A stretch of 64,000 nt of DNA from Acidobacteriota bacterium (GTDB taxonomy: Bacteria; Acidobacteriota; UBA6911; RPQK01; JAJDTT01), in assembly GCA_965217775.1 (NCBI GenBank), contig CBDCJH010000002.1:1024001-1088000 (forward strand), written 5' to 3'. Each line of letters begins with the position of its first letter. Positions within the stretch are counted from its first letter, which is position 1. Shown here piece by piece: positions 48,668 to 58,678 of the stretch. The notes beneath the pieces are model-generated. The model saw only the letters and a list, made by a program, of their open reading frames with translations. It made no database searches and was not told the origin of the DNA. The translations under genes were made by a program, and so were the position numbers.

Positions 48668-49230
48668 TGAATGAGATCTGGCCGGACTGGCCTGAGATCG
48701 GGTCCGAGGGCAAGAGGGGATGGGTGTTCTGGGTGACCGGTTTGTCAGGTAGTGGAAAGACCACGATCGGACAGCTTCTTTTCCGGCGCCTGCGGGAGCG
48801 GGCCGTCAATTCAGCATTTTTGGATGGAGACGTTCTACGCCAGGTTTTCGGCAATGATTTGGGGTACACACTGGAAGAAAGAAGGAAGTGCGCACGGCGC
48901 TACTCACGGATCAGTGCGATGCTTGCCGGCCAGGGTCTGAACGTGGTGATCGCGACGATTTCGATGTTCCACGAATGTAGCGAATGGAATCGGGCGAACC
49001 TTCCCCGATACTTTGAAATCTACCTGCGGGTTCCGCGGGATATCCTGGCTATCCGACGGTCTCCGGATCTGGGCGCCAATCCGGAACGGAGTCAGATGGA
49101 ATCCGTTGTCGGTTGGGATCTGCCCTTCGATGAGCCTCTCAATCCCGATCTGATCATCGACAACGACGGCTCGATGGCTCCGCAGGAAGTTGCGGACTCC
49201 ATTTGGAGTAGGGTCGTAGCGTCGTTATGA
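48668..49230 (+). CDS. APS kinase-like protein (Cj1415-like cytidine diphosphoramidate kinase)
   Basis: WVTGLSGSGKTT, LDGD, ATISMF, YFEIYL, EPLNPDL; start uncertain (48613 or 48668). Confidence 0.85.
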
Positions 49231-49239
49231 CGTCCATCC

Positions 49240-50043
49240 ATGATGGATACCTGGGATTACACTGCTTTAGCTGCTTCCTACAACAAGCGGGCACCCTATT
49301 CGAAACAGGTCATTGACGAATTTCTGCGGAACTCAGGTGTCAGGAGCGGTGCGAAAGCCTGCGACATCGGGGCCGGAACCGGTAACTTGACGTTGTTCCT
49401 GCTCAAATGGGGACTTCGAGTCGTAGCTGTAGAGCCGAACCCGGCCATGCGCGCGATCGGGATGCCTCGGACGAAGTCTTTTCCCGATATTCGTTGGATA
49501 AATGCCCGTGGCGAGGCAACCGGACTACCGGCGTCGGAATTCGACGTCGTCACCTTCGGCTCGTCGTTCAATGTCCTCGATCGGAACCGAGCTCTCGTGG
49601 AGACCGCTCGCATCCTCAAGCCGAAGGGTTGGTTCGCCTGCGTCTGGAATTACAGAAACCTCGACGACCCGTTGCAGAGGAGGATCGAGGAGGTGATCCA
49701 CGGATTCGTGTCCCGCTACGATTACGGCGTGAGGCGCGAAGATCAGACCGAAGTTATCCAGGCGAGCGGTCTTTTTGACCGGATCGTCAGGATTGACCGG
49801 GGGTTCAAACACCGGACAAAAGCATCGGATTGCATGGATGCCTGGCGAAGTCACGCCACCCTCGCTCGTCAAGCCGGTCCGAAAACGCTCGGTCGGATCC
49901 TCGAGAAGATCGAATGCTTGCTGACGGAACCGGGTGGAAGGGACGTCGAGGTGCCCTACACGACCTCCCTCTGGATGGCAAAAAAGTCCGACGCCTGGAA
50001 TGAATCACCGGGTCCGGCTGCTCAGCGGAACCGTAGCGAGTAG
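49240..50043 (+). CDS. Class I SAM methyltransferase (Cj1419-like)
   Basis: DYTALAASYNKRAPYS, DIGAGTG, AVEPN, FGSSFN, WN, AWRSH..QAG. Confidence 0.85.
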   Translation: MMDTWDYTALAASYNKRAPYSKQVIDEFLRNSGVRSGAKACDIGAGTGNLTLFLLKWGLRVVAVEPNPAMRAIGMPRTKSFPDIRWINARGEATGLPASEFDVVTFGSSFNVLDRNRALVETARILKPKGWFACVWNYRNLDDPLQRRIEEVIHGFVSRYDYGVRREDQTEVIQASGLFDRIVRIDRGFKHRTKASDCMDAWRSHATLARQAGPKTLGRILEKIECLLTEPGGRDVEVPYTTSLWMAKKSDAWNESPGPAAQRNRSE

Positions 50044-51503
50044 AGGTCCGCGTCCTTCATCACGAAACGCAGGCGCACCGGCTTCCCCGAGAATCGCGCC
50101 AGGGGTTTGGACGAGGTGGCCTTGGGATGGTTTCGTTTCCACCGGACCGTGTGCTCGATCTCGTCGCCCCAGATCAACGGGGACTCCTCCAGGGCGAATC
50201 CGGCCAGGGGCCGTCCGCCGGCGTCCTGGATCTCCAACCGGATGCTTCCCGCCGCCGAGGTCGCGAAGTTCAACACCAGGTTCTCACCCGTGAAGGTCAG
50301 AGGCCGGGTGATCAGTTCGCCTCCTTCCGGGCCGGCATGCACCGACATGAATCCGTCGGTCCGGATCACCATCCGCTCCAGGTAGTTGGTGGGAAACGTG
50401 TAGTGGCGTTGGACGAACAGCGAGATCTCGTCTGGCGCGGTCGCCAGTAGGCCCCAGGCGGGCGTGTTGGAGCGATGGGACCAGTTCCGTATCTCGGTCC
50501 CAGGACGAATGAAGGCATCCAGTTGGCGATTCCAGTGGATGGCGTCGCGGCTGGACATGAAGATGGCGTCGGAGCAACCGCCGCCTTGAGCCTGATTGAA
50601 GGGGCCCCGCGTCTTCCAGGGGTGGAAACGCCGGGGAAAGGCCAGATAGATGTGAGGCGCCCTGAAGTAAGGGCGGGTCGCGTTGGTGTAGAGGTGCTCG
50701 GCGGGTGCATCCCCGAACTCTCCCCATTGGCCCGGCGTCCAATTCCTGAAGTCGGTGGAGGTGGCGATCTTGATGGTGCGAACTCCGAGCTTGAAATCCC
50801 GGTAGACGGAGACGTAGCGCTGGTGGGCCGTGTCCCAGAAGGCCAGATTGGGAGAGTCGAAGGCCCCGTCGGTGATGATGGGCTCCTCCCTCATCTCCTT
50901 CCAGTGGATTCCGTCGGGTGAAACGAATGCGTAGAGAGCCCGTCGGTGCGGACCCACGGCCTTGTAGAGTTCGGAAACGGGCGCCTCAGGGTTCGAATCC
51001 TTGAAGGGAAGAAAGGCCGGCGTGCCTTTTCCCATCCAGACGATGTTGTTGTCCCTGGTTCCTTCGTACTCGTATAGCCCCAGCGAGGGCCGGGTCCAGT
51101 GGATCCCGTCCCGGCTCTCGGCGTAGCACGCGGTATGGGGGTGCTCGGGGATCACCTCCTCACCCGGCTCCAGGAGCGACTCCAGGGCGTATCCGGCATG
51201 ACTGCTGCCCCGGTAGTACATTCGGTAGAGATCACCGTCCTGGAAAACGACAGCCGTGCTTCCACTGGTCACTCCCTCCCAGGGCCGGTCGAAGACCAGC
51301 ACCTTTCCGGCGCGCCGAGGGGTGTGGAGCTTGAGTTCCAGACCCTTCAGGGAGTCGATGAGGTAGTTGTCGACAAAAATCTCCAGACGGGAGTCCAACT
51401 CCCGCACCTCTGCGAGAGCCTTCCGGTCGTGCCGGCCGCCTTCGAGGGCGGAAGGAGAGATCATGATCAGGACGAGTAACGGGTTAAGGAATCGGAATCT
51501 CAA
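50022..51503 (-). CDS. Secreted beta-propeller glycoside hydrolase-like protein
   Basis: DRPWEG, YAESRDGIHWTRP, SPDGIHW, RTDGFMS, NFATSAAGSIR, LRFVMKDADLYS; resembles the N-terminal half of 25258..28566. Confidence 0.75.
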   Translation of the reverse strand: MRFRFLNPLLVLIMISPSALEGGRHDRKALAEVRELDSRLEIFVDNYLIDSLKGLELKLHTPRRAGKVLVFDRPWEGVTSGSTAVVFQDGDLYRMYYRGSSHAGYALESLLEPGEEVIPEHPHTACYAESRDGIHWTRPSLGLYEYEGTRDNNIVWMGKGTPAFLPFKDSNPEAPVSELYKAVGPHRRALYAFVSPDGIHWKEMREEPIITDGAFDSPNLAFWDTAHQRYVSVYRDFKLGVRTIKIATSTDFRNWTPGQWGEFGDAPAEHLYTNATRPYFRAPHIYLAFPRRFHPWKTRGPFNQAQGGGCSDAIFMSSRDAIHWNRQLDAFIRPGTEIRNWSHRSNTPAWGLLATAPDEISLFVQRHYTFPTNYLERMVIRTDGFMSVHAGPEGGELITRPLTFTGENLVLNFATSAAGSIRLEIQDAGGRPLAGFALEESPLIWGDEIEHTVRWKRNHPKATSSKPLARFSGKPVRLRFVMKDADLYSLRFR

Positions 51504-51517
51504 GGAAGTGTTGCTCC

Positions 51518-52057
51518 TCAGGGTTTCCCATCGCCAGCGGTGCCGTACAGCTCGAAACGAACTCGGATCGGGCCGCTGGGATGGTTCTCATGAAAAAGGG
51601 CCGAAACCGTTCCGGTCGGGTCCTCGCTGCGGTACAGGCGTAGCGTGGCATTCCAGAATCGCGGCGTTTCCAGGTATTGAGGCATGCCGGTCTTGCTCTT
51701 GTGGCGTTCAGCGTCGGTGCCGATGGGGATTGACGTGGGGTGCAGGTGCACCGTTCCCACCAGAGGCCACCCGGTGGGGGTGGTCCAATCGGTGGCGTCC
51801 ACGGGCACACCCCGGAGAGCGACCGGGCCGCCCGACGAGGAGAGGAAATGCAGCCGGATAGCCCCGTCCTCTGACCGGACCTCCAAGTCGAAGGGTCCCT
51901 TTTCCAGAAGGGTCCCCTCAGCGGTTCGAAGACTCACCGGCAGTCGGACCTTACCGGCAAAGGGGGCCGCGCTCTGGGGCAGGGGACCGGCGACCGTAGC
52001 GGACATCAGGCCCAGAAGAGCGAACGCCCGCCACGCCGTCTCAAGCCGAATGGCCAA
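51518..52057 (-). CDS. Hypothetical secreted protein
   Basis: Signal-peptide-like N-terminus; fills the gap between co-oriented genes. Confidence 0.6.
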   Translation of the reverse strand: MAIRLETAWRAFALLGLMSATVAGPLPQSAAPFAGKVRLPVSLRTAEGTLLEKGPFDLEVRSEDGAIRLHFLSSSGGPVALRGVPVDATDWTTPTGWPLVGTVHLHPTSIPIGTDAERHKSKTGMPQYLETPRFWNATLRLYRSEDPTGTVSALFHENHPSGPIRVRFELYGTAGDGKP

Positions 52058-53513
52058 TGGACCTCCCCGTCAGCCTCCGATACAGGTTCTCGCCGGCCTC
52101 GCCGGCTTCGCCGACTCCACTGAGACGCCGGTCCAGGCCCTGGAAGAAATAGGTCAGCCTGCGGTGGTCCAGTCCCATCAGCCCCAGCATGGCGGCGTGG
52201 AGGTCGTTGACGTGCATCTTGTCCTGGGTGGCCACGAAACCCAGATCGTCGGTGGCGCCGATGGCCTGGCCTCCGCGAACACCGCCTCCCGCCATCCAGG
52301 CGCTGAAGCCGAAGGGATTGTGGTCGCGCCCCTCCTTGCCCTGCATGACCGGAGTCCGGCCGAATTCGCCCGTGGAAATGACCAGGGTGCTCTCCAGCAG
52401 TCCCCGCTGTTTGAGGTCTTCCAGCAGGCCGGCCATGGGCTGGTCCGTCTTCCACGAGTTCTTCATGTGGTTCTTGTCGCACTCGCCGTGAGCGTCCCAG
52501 CCGCCGCTGTAGAGATGGACGAAGCGGACGCCCCGCTCCACCATTCGCCGCGCCAGGAGGCACATGCGGCCGAACTTGCGGGTCTGATCCTGATCCAGGC
52601 CGTACATCCGCTTCACATGCTCCGGCTCCCCGGAGAGGTCGATGAGCTCGGGCGCCGCCATCTGCATGCGGAAAGCCAACTCGTAGTTCCGGATTCTGGC
52701 CTCCAGGCGGCTGTCTCCGGGCCGGGTCTGCAGATGCGTCTGGTTCCATCCCTCGATTCTCTCGAGCAGAGCCCGCTGCCGGTTCAGGTCCATCTGGGAA
52801 GGGGGCCGCAGGTTCTGGAAGGGCTGCCCCTCCGTATTGATGAGTGTCCCCTGGTAGATCGCCGGGAGGAAGCCGGTGCTGAAGTTGGAGGTGCTGGACC
52901 GAAAGATGCTGTCGGTCATCACGATGTAGGAGGGCAGGTTGTCCGTCTCGCTCCCCAGGCCGTACAGGATCCAGGAGCCCATGCTGGGACTTCCCAACTG
53001 GAGGCTCCCCGTGTGCAGGTAGGTGAGAGCCGGACCGTGGACGAACGACTCGTGGTGACAGGACCGGATGACGGCCATGTCGTCCGCGTGCTTCGCGAGT
53101 CCTTCGAAGAGATCCGAGATCTCGATGCCGGACCGCCCCCTCTTCTTGAAGGTCCGGCGGCTGGCCATGAGCTTGGACTCGTAGGGATTGATCTGGGCCA
53201 GTTCCAGGTCCGTCCGGTAGCTGGAGGGAAGAGGTTGGCCGTCGTAGCGCTCCAAAGCGGGCTTGGGGTCGAAGCTGTCCACCTGGCTCAAGCCGCCCTG
53301 CATGAAGAGAAAGATGACGCTCTTGGCCTGGGACGGAAAGTGGGGTTCTTTGGGAGCGAGAGGATAAACAGTCCGGTCGATGCCCGCAAGGAGCCGGCCC
53401 TCCTGTTCCAGAAGACCGCCCAGGGCCAGCGAGCCGAACCCGAAGGAGGAGGCTTTCAGAAAATCGCGCCGTGAACCGACCTGAACGGTGCCCTGGCAAG
53501 CGTTGGGAATCAA
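52041..53513 (-). CDS. DUF1501 family protein (second paralog)
   Basis: [54 protein letters not shown]. Confidence 0.9.
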   Translation of the reverse strand: MIPNACQGTVQVGSRRDFLKASSFGFGSLALGGLLEQEGRLLAGIDRTVYPLAPKEPHFPSQAKSVIFLFMQGGLSQVDSFDPKPALERYDGQPLPSSYRTDLELAQINPYESKLMASRRTFKKRGRSGIEISDLFEGLAKHADDMAVIRSCHHESFVHGPALTYLHTGSLQLGSPSMGSWILYGLGSETDNLPSYIVMTDSIFRSSTSNFSTGFLPAIYQGTLINTEGQPFQNLRPPSQMDLNRQRALLERIEGWNQTHLQTRPGDSRLEARIRNYELAFRMQMAAPELIDLSGEPEHVKRMYGLDQDQTRKFGRMCLLARRMVERGVRFVHLYSGGWDAHGECDKNHMKNSWKTDQPMAGLLEDLKQRGLLESTLVISTGEFGRTPVMQGKEGRDHNPFGFSAWMAGGGVRGGQAIGATDDLGFVATQDKMHVNDLHAAMLGLMGLDHRRLTYFFQGLDRRLSGVGEAGEAGENLYRRLTGRSIGHSA

Positions 53514-53573
53514 GTTCCTCTCCTTGAATCGATGTTCCTATTGAAGCCCTGCGGACACGGCACCGTCAAGACA

Positions 53574-53661
53574 GGAGGGGAGACATCTTGTCCCCCACTG
53601 GGAAGGGGGACATCCCTGTCCCCTAACTCCCAAGATTCGCGCGTTGCAAAACCCCCGTTCC
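53574..53661. repeat. Degenerate REP cluster, copy C
   Basis: GGAGGGGAGACATCTTGTCCCCC, GGAAGGGGGACATCCCTGTCCCCT and a degenerate GTTGCAAAACCCCCGTTCC. Confidence 0.65.
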
Positions 53662-53739
53662 TATCCCGAACCGATCCCCGCCTTCGACGAGTCTCCGGGT
53701 CCGGCATTATCCAACTCCGAATCCACCAAGTATCAGGCA

Positions 53740-56397
53740 TCAGTCGACGAAGAGGAACTCATTGAGATTGAAGACGGCCAGACAGAGTTCCGTCAGTCCC
53801 TGGGCCTGACTCCGCTCGATGGTCTTCAGTTCGGGGGGAGTACCCTCCGGCAACTCCTCCCACTTCTCGCCCCCGGCGGATGCCAAGGTCTCAAGTGCGT
53901 CCCGGGTCTCCCGATCGGTGGGCGGCCGCCCCAGGGCGGTCCGCCAGGCCCGGTCCACCCATTGGCTCGGCTCGGAACCCCCTTCCCGGACCAGGCGCCC
54001 GGCGAAGGCCAGGGCCTGCCGGAATACGGCATCGTTGTTGAGGAGCCACAGGGACTGGGGCGCCACCGTGGTCACGGAGCGCTCGGGACAACTGACCGCC
54101 GGATCGGGAGTATCGAACTTCTCGAACATGGGGAAGACGAAGTTCCGCCGCGAGAGGATATAGATGCCTCTGCGGCTGTGCTCTGCCGGGTCCGCCGGCA
54201 CGGTCCACGCCCACTTGAGCCGGAAGCCGGCCAGTTCATCGTCCGACAGCGGCGGAACGAAAGGCCGGCCGTACATCTTTGAGTTCAGGGTGCCGGCCAC
54301 GGCATGGATGCTGTCCCACAAGACCTCGGCCTCGACCCGTCTCCGATTGGCCCGCCAGAGGTAGGCGTTGTCCGGGTCGGCGGCGGCGTTGTGAGGATCG
54401 TCGAAGCGGCTGGTGAGCCGGTAGGTCGAGGATTGGACGATCAGCCGGTGCATCGCCTTGAGGCTCCAGCCTTGGCGGACAAACTCGGTGGCCAGCCAGT
54501 CCAGCAGCTTCGGATGGGACGGGGATTGCCCCTGGAGGCCGAAATCGTTGGACGTGGACACGATCCCCCGCCCGAAATGCCATTGCCAGAGGCGATTCAC
54601 CATGACCCGCGCGGTCAGCGGATGGTCGGGACGGGTGAGCCACAGGGCCAGTTGCTTCCGGTACCGGGGGCCATGGCCTTCGTTGGTGTGGAAATCGACT
54701 CCGTCTGCCAGAATCCGGGGCAGTCCGGCCTCCACGAGCTTCCCGGGGCGGTCCAGATCGCCCCGCTCCAGGATCCGGGTCTCCGGGATCAACTCCCCCT
54801 GAATGTGACCCAGGACGGTGGCCGAAGGCGGGTCGTAGAATCCGTCCCATCGGACGGCGTGGGAGGCGTCCTTGACGGGGATCTCCAGCACCTTCTCGGC
54901 GATGGCCAGCAGCAGGCGGGTGCTTTCTTCCTTCTCCTCTTGCGTCAGGTGCTCCTTGAGCTTGAAGGTCGTTGGGCTGAAGAAGTCCGCCAAGGCCTCC
55001 TGAAGGGGCGCCGCCAGCCTCTTCTCCTCCTCCGAGCGTTCCCCCTCCCGCTTCTCGTAGGCTCGGCGCACCTCTGCCGGGAAACGGGCTTTCCGTTCCT
55101 CGGTCAAACGCTGCCGGACCTTGGCCTCGAACATCCCGTGGGCCCGGCGCCGTTCGTCCAAGGCGATGGTCCGGGGGTAGTACTCGTTCCGGTGGAACAT
55201 GCTCATGGCCGTGATCACCGGAAGCGTCACCGGATGGGAGGGGGCGAAGATGGCCTGCACCCGGAAATAGTCTTCCTGGCTGATGGGATCGAACTTGTGG
55301 TCGTGGCAGCGGGCGCAGGCCAGGGTCAGACCCATGAAGGCCGCTCCCGTCATGTCGATCCAATCGGTCAGACGTTCGTAGCGGAGCTTGGGGGCGTCCA
55401 GGGTGGACTCGCCGATGGAGGGTCCAAACCCGTATAGGCTGGTGCCCACGCGGGCTTCCAGGTGAGCCACCTTTGCGGGCCGAATGGCGTAGCTGGTGTC
55501 GTAGAGGTCCAGGTTGTCGGGCCACAGCTCGTCGGCCGCGACCTGTTCCTGGATGAAGCGGTCATACGGTTTGTCTTCGTTGAACGACTTGATCACGTAG
55601 TCCCGGTAGCGCCAGGCGTTGGGATAATACTCGTCCGTCTCGAACCCGCCGCTATCGGCGTAGCGCACCACGTCGAGCCAATGCCGGGCCCAGCGCTCGC
55701 CATAGGCGGGCGACTCCAGCAACTGGTCCACGAGCTTCTCGAACGCCTTGGGGGACTCGTCCCGGAGGAAGGACTCCACTTGATCCGGCGAGGGCGGCAG
55801 TCCGATCAGGTCGATGTAGACTCTGCGGACCAACTCCGGCCGGCTCGCTTCGGGAGCCGGTTTCAGCCCCTGGGCATGGAGCCGGGCCAGCACGAAGTTG
55901 TCGATGGGATTGCGAATCCGTCGGGTCGCTTCGAGGACTTGGGGAGACTCGGGACGAACCGGTGCGCGAAAGGACCACCAAGTGGGGCCGCCGGCTTCCG
56001 TAGCGGCAGAGTCGGGCCAGGATGCCCCGGCCTCGATCCAGGCCTTGAGGGTTTCCAGGTCCTGCTCGGGAAGCCGTTTCTCTCCCGGGGGCATCTCCAG
56101 ATCGCCTATGTGGGCGACGGCCTGGTAGAGCAGGCTGAAGTCGGGCCGGCCCGGCTCCACTGCCGGACCACGGTTGCCGCCACGCAACATACCCTCCCGG
56201 GACCTGAGATCCAGGCCCGAGGCGCGGATGGAGCCGTGGCAGCTCAGGCACTCGTGCTTGAGGATCTCCGAGGCCCGATCGGCGCGGCTCGACCCGGAAG
56301 GCGCCGGCCAGCCCGTCGCCCCGCTGAGGACGGCGACGGCGAGGACCACCCGAAGACAGCGTGCCTGCATGGCGGGGGTGGGCTGCGAAATGTTCAC
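53740..56397 (-). CDS. PSD1/planctomycete cytochrome c protein (second paralog)
   Basis: CLSCH, CARCHDHKFDP, WLDVVRYADS, PSHPKLLDWLA. Confidence 0.9.
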   Translation of the reverse strand: MNISQPTPAMQARCLRVVLAVAVLSGATGWPAPSGSSRADRASEILKHECLSCHGSIRASGLDLRSREGMLRGGNRGPAVEPGRPDFSLLYQAVAHIGDLEMPPGEKRLPEQDLETLKAWIEAGASWPDSAATEAGGPTWWSFRAPVRPESPQVLEATRRIRNPIDNFVLARLHAQGLKPAPEASRPELVRRVYIDLIGLPPSPDQVESFLRDESPKAFEKLVDQLLESPAYGERWARHWLDVVRYADSGGFETDEYYPNAWRYRDYVIKSFNEDKPYDRFIQEQVAADELWPDNLDLYDTSYAIRPAKVAHLEARVGTSLYGFGPSIGESTLDAPKLRYERLTDWIDMTGAAFMGLTLACARCHDHKFDPISQEDYFRVQAIFAPSHPVTLPVITAMSMFHRNEYYPRTIALDERRRAHGMFEAKVRQRLTEERKARFPAEVRRAYEKREGERSEEEKRLAAPLQEALADFFSPTTFKLKEHLTQEEKEESTRLLLAIAEKVLEIPVKDASHAVRWDGFYDPPSATVLGHIQGELIPETRILERGDLDRPGKLVEAGLPRILADGVDFHTNEGHGPRYRKQLALWLTRPDHPLTARVMVNRLWQWHFGRGIVSTSNDFGLQGQSPSHPKLLDWLATEFVRQGWSLKAMHRLIVQSSTYRLTSRFDDPHNAAADPDNAYLWRANRRRVEAEVLWDSIHAVAGTLNSKMYGRPFVPPLSDDELAGFRLKWAWTVPADPAEHSRRGIYILSRRNFVFPMFEKFDTPDPAVSCPERSVTTVAPQSLWLLNNDAVFRQALAFAGRLVREGGSEPSQWVDRAWRTALGRPPTDRETRDALETLASAGGEKWEELPEGTPPELKTIERSQAQGLTELCLAVFNLNEFLFVD

Positions 56398-56448
56398 GGC
56401 GCGATCCGATCGATTAGCTTCGATCTTAGCAGCCGTCGGCGACTCTTG

Positions 56449-58632
56449 TCATGGACGTGCGGCGTTGGAATCGCCACCCGCTTCGGCTGCGCCGCCGCGG
56501 CCCGGACCGGATTTCCGGGACCATTCCAGCCGCTCCCGGTAGATTCTCTCCGCTTCGGCCAGTTGTCCCAGAACCTCCCGTTGCTGGTGCAGGCTCTCGA
56601 AGGAGCCGCCGGCGAGAGAGGTCTGGCGCATCTCGTCGAACCTCTCCAGGAAGAACTGCAGGGCTTCGGGGTCGGCGTAGGGCCGTCCGCCCACGGTGAC
56701 GTAGACCGGAGTGGTGTGGGCAAAGAGATCGGGATTGTTGACCACCAATGGATGCTCTCCGCCGCGGACCCGAGCGGCCATCCAACCGCTGGACGGAACC
56801 CGGATGGTCCCCCGGTGAATCAAACGGGTCTCGTCCTGTAGCGGGATCTCCTGCAGGACCTCGCTGTTGAACAGAATCTCCACCTTCTCCATGGGAACCT
56901 GGGAATGCGCCTCCAACTCCAGCTCCACCGGTCCGGGCTCGTCCAGGGCGATCTCGCTTCCGGGAAGGCGGCCCTGGACCCGGAAGTAGAGGAGAGGTCC
57001 GTTGCTGACGAAGGTCTTCCCCTGCTGCAGGGCCCGAACCCAGGACTCGTACGACAGACTGTCCCCGGTGTAGGCGTAGACTCGATCGCCTCCCAGGACC
57101 TTGTGGCGGCGGACGTTGTTGAAGGTGTCGGTTCCGGCAACCGCGCTCAGGCGCCATCCGCAATCCAGCAGCAGGCGGTAGAGAGCGTTGGAACCCTCGG
57201 TGCTGGACAGGCCCAGGATCTCCATGCCGTCGACGGTTCCCAGGGCGGCGTCCACGGGGATCCAGCGTTGCCGGCCCAGAGAGGGGTGGACGTAGAAGAC
57301 GGCGGCTCCTTCCTTGCGGACCTCCCGGACGGCGGTGGTGTTGGACGGGTAGTCGAAGGGAAAGAAACTGGCGGGGAATCCGTTGTAGGGGGGCTCCAGA
57401 AAACGCTTCAGGTTCAGGACGCCGATGTGTCCGTAGAGAGCGGGGCGGATCTCCTGGCTCCAGTAGAGGATATGCCGCGGCGTGCTCAGGGGATGGGGAG
57501 CGCCGGTGAAGTGCTGCCGGTCGTAAAGGACCGCCCCCTGCGAGTTGCAGACCAGGAGGTTGGCCACGTTCAAGTCCTCGGCCTCCACCTGGAGGCGGAC
57601 GTCGGCGGGGTTGACGACCTGGTCCATGGTCTTGTGGACCAGGTTGGGATGGATGTGGATGTCTCCCGAGTACCAGCCGCGGGAGGCCGCGTCGTGGAAG
57701 CGCTCCAATCGAAACTCCAGCGAGTTGGGGCCGGAAGGCTGCAGGTCGACGACCCGTTCCTGGAAGCGGTGCTCGAATCCGCGGACCACGCGGATTCGCG
57801 TCTTGCCTGCCGGGAGGACCAGGCTGCTGGTTCCCCGCGTGTGAAAGTAGGCGCCCGCCCGGATCGGCGTATAGCGGAGATAAGTGCCCGAAGGGGCCCG
57901 CCCCAGGCCGTCGGACCCGACCACTTCTACCCGCGCGGGGACCATCCGGCCGTTCTCATCCAGAACCCGTATCTGGAGACGGCAGGAGGGGTTCCAAGCC
58001 AGGGGAAGACTCACCCGGCGAATCCGGCCGTTGGTCCCGACCTGCAGGTCCAGATTCCTACTGCCCTCTCCCCAGACCCGGGCGATGACGGCATGGACTT
58101 CCTGAGGGGCCAAGCGGACTTGTCGAGGCCGGAAATACAGCGGACCCTCCGCCGGTTCCAGACTCACATTCTGGGAACGGCGGGACAGGTTCCGAAGCAG
58201 GACCAACACCCGGTTCTCCAATCCCCGGGTGAACTCCAGCCGGGATGGACGGACCTGGACCACCGGCGGGGCGACCTCGATCTTGAGCAGCTCAGGGGAG
58301 GAGAGGTTCCAGAGGGAGACGCTGATCTGGGACCTCACAACCGGAGCCGGTAGGACAGTGCGGTCACCGTAGACGTTCCTCTGGAGCAAGGTGAGAGGAC
58401 GGACCTGGCCGTAGACGCTGAAGGCCGCCTCCCGATTCACCCGTTGGTTCAGGAGCAGTGCCGAGAAGAACTCGATGAAGTGCCGGTGACGGGGGTCCCG
58501 AATCTGCAGGCCGTCGAGGGTGTCTTCGGTCAGGCCGTAGGGATTGAAGATCGGCTCCCCCGACTGGCCGGGAAGGCTGGTCGACAGTAGGATCGCCAGA
58601 ACGGGGACGAGCCCCCACGATACTCGATTCAA
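56449..58632 (-). CDS. CehA/McbA-like PHP-type metallohydrolase
   Basis: GWYSGDIHIH, GHIG, YVHP, AGTD, GKTFVSNGP, AHTTPVYV. Confidence 0.8.
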   Translation of the reverse strand: MNRVSWGLVPVLAILLSTSLPGQSGEPIFNPYGLTEDTLDGLQIRDPRHRHFIEFFSALLLNQRVNREAAFSVYGQVRPLTLLQRNVYGDRTVLPAPVVRSQISVSLWNLSSPELLKIEVAPPVVQVRPSRLEFTRGLENRVLVLLRNLSRRSQNVSLEPAEGPLYFRPRQVRLAPQEVHAVIARVWGEGSRNLDLQVGTNGRIRRVSLPLAWNPSCRLQIRVLDENGRMVPARVEVVGSDGLGRAPSGTYLRYTPIRAGAYFHTRGTSSLVLPAGKTRIRVVRGFEHRFQERVVDLQPSGPNSLEFRLERFHDAASRGWYSGDIHIHPNLVHKTMDQVVNPADVRLQVEAEDLNVANLLVCNSQGAVLYDRQHFTGAPHPLSTPRHILYWSQEIRPALYGHIGVLNLKRFLEPPYNGFPASFFPFDYPSNTTAVREVRKEGAAVFYVHPSLGRQRWIPVDAALGTVDGMEILGLSSTEGSNALYRLLLDCGWRLSAVAGTDTFNNVRRHKVLGGDRVYAYTGDSLSYESWVRALQQGKTFVSNGPLLYFRVQGRLPGSEIALDEPGPVELELEAHSQVPMEKVEILFNSEVLQEIPLQDETRLIHRGTIRVPSSGWMAARVRGGEHPLVVNNPDLFAHTTPVYVTVGGRPYADPEALQFFLERFDEMRQTSLAGGSFESLHQQREVLGQLAEAERIYRERLEWSRKSGPGRGGAAEAGGDSNAARP

Positions 58633-58678
58633 GCGTTTCTCCTCCTTAACGGGAGCTTCAACGGGAGCTGTGACGCCG

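Noticed and set aside
48613-49230. Reading the cluster as sulfate activation (cysC plus sulfotransferase)
   Set aside because: No ATP sulfurylase is present, and the neighbours match the Cj1418/1417/1416 set. Disfavoured, not formally excluded.
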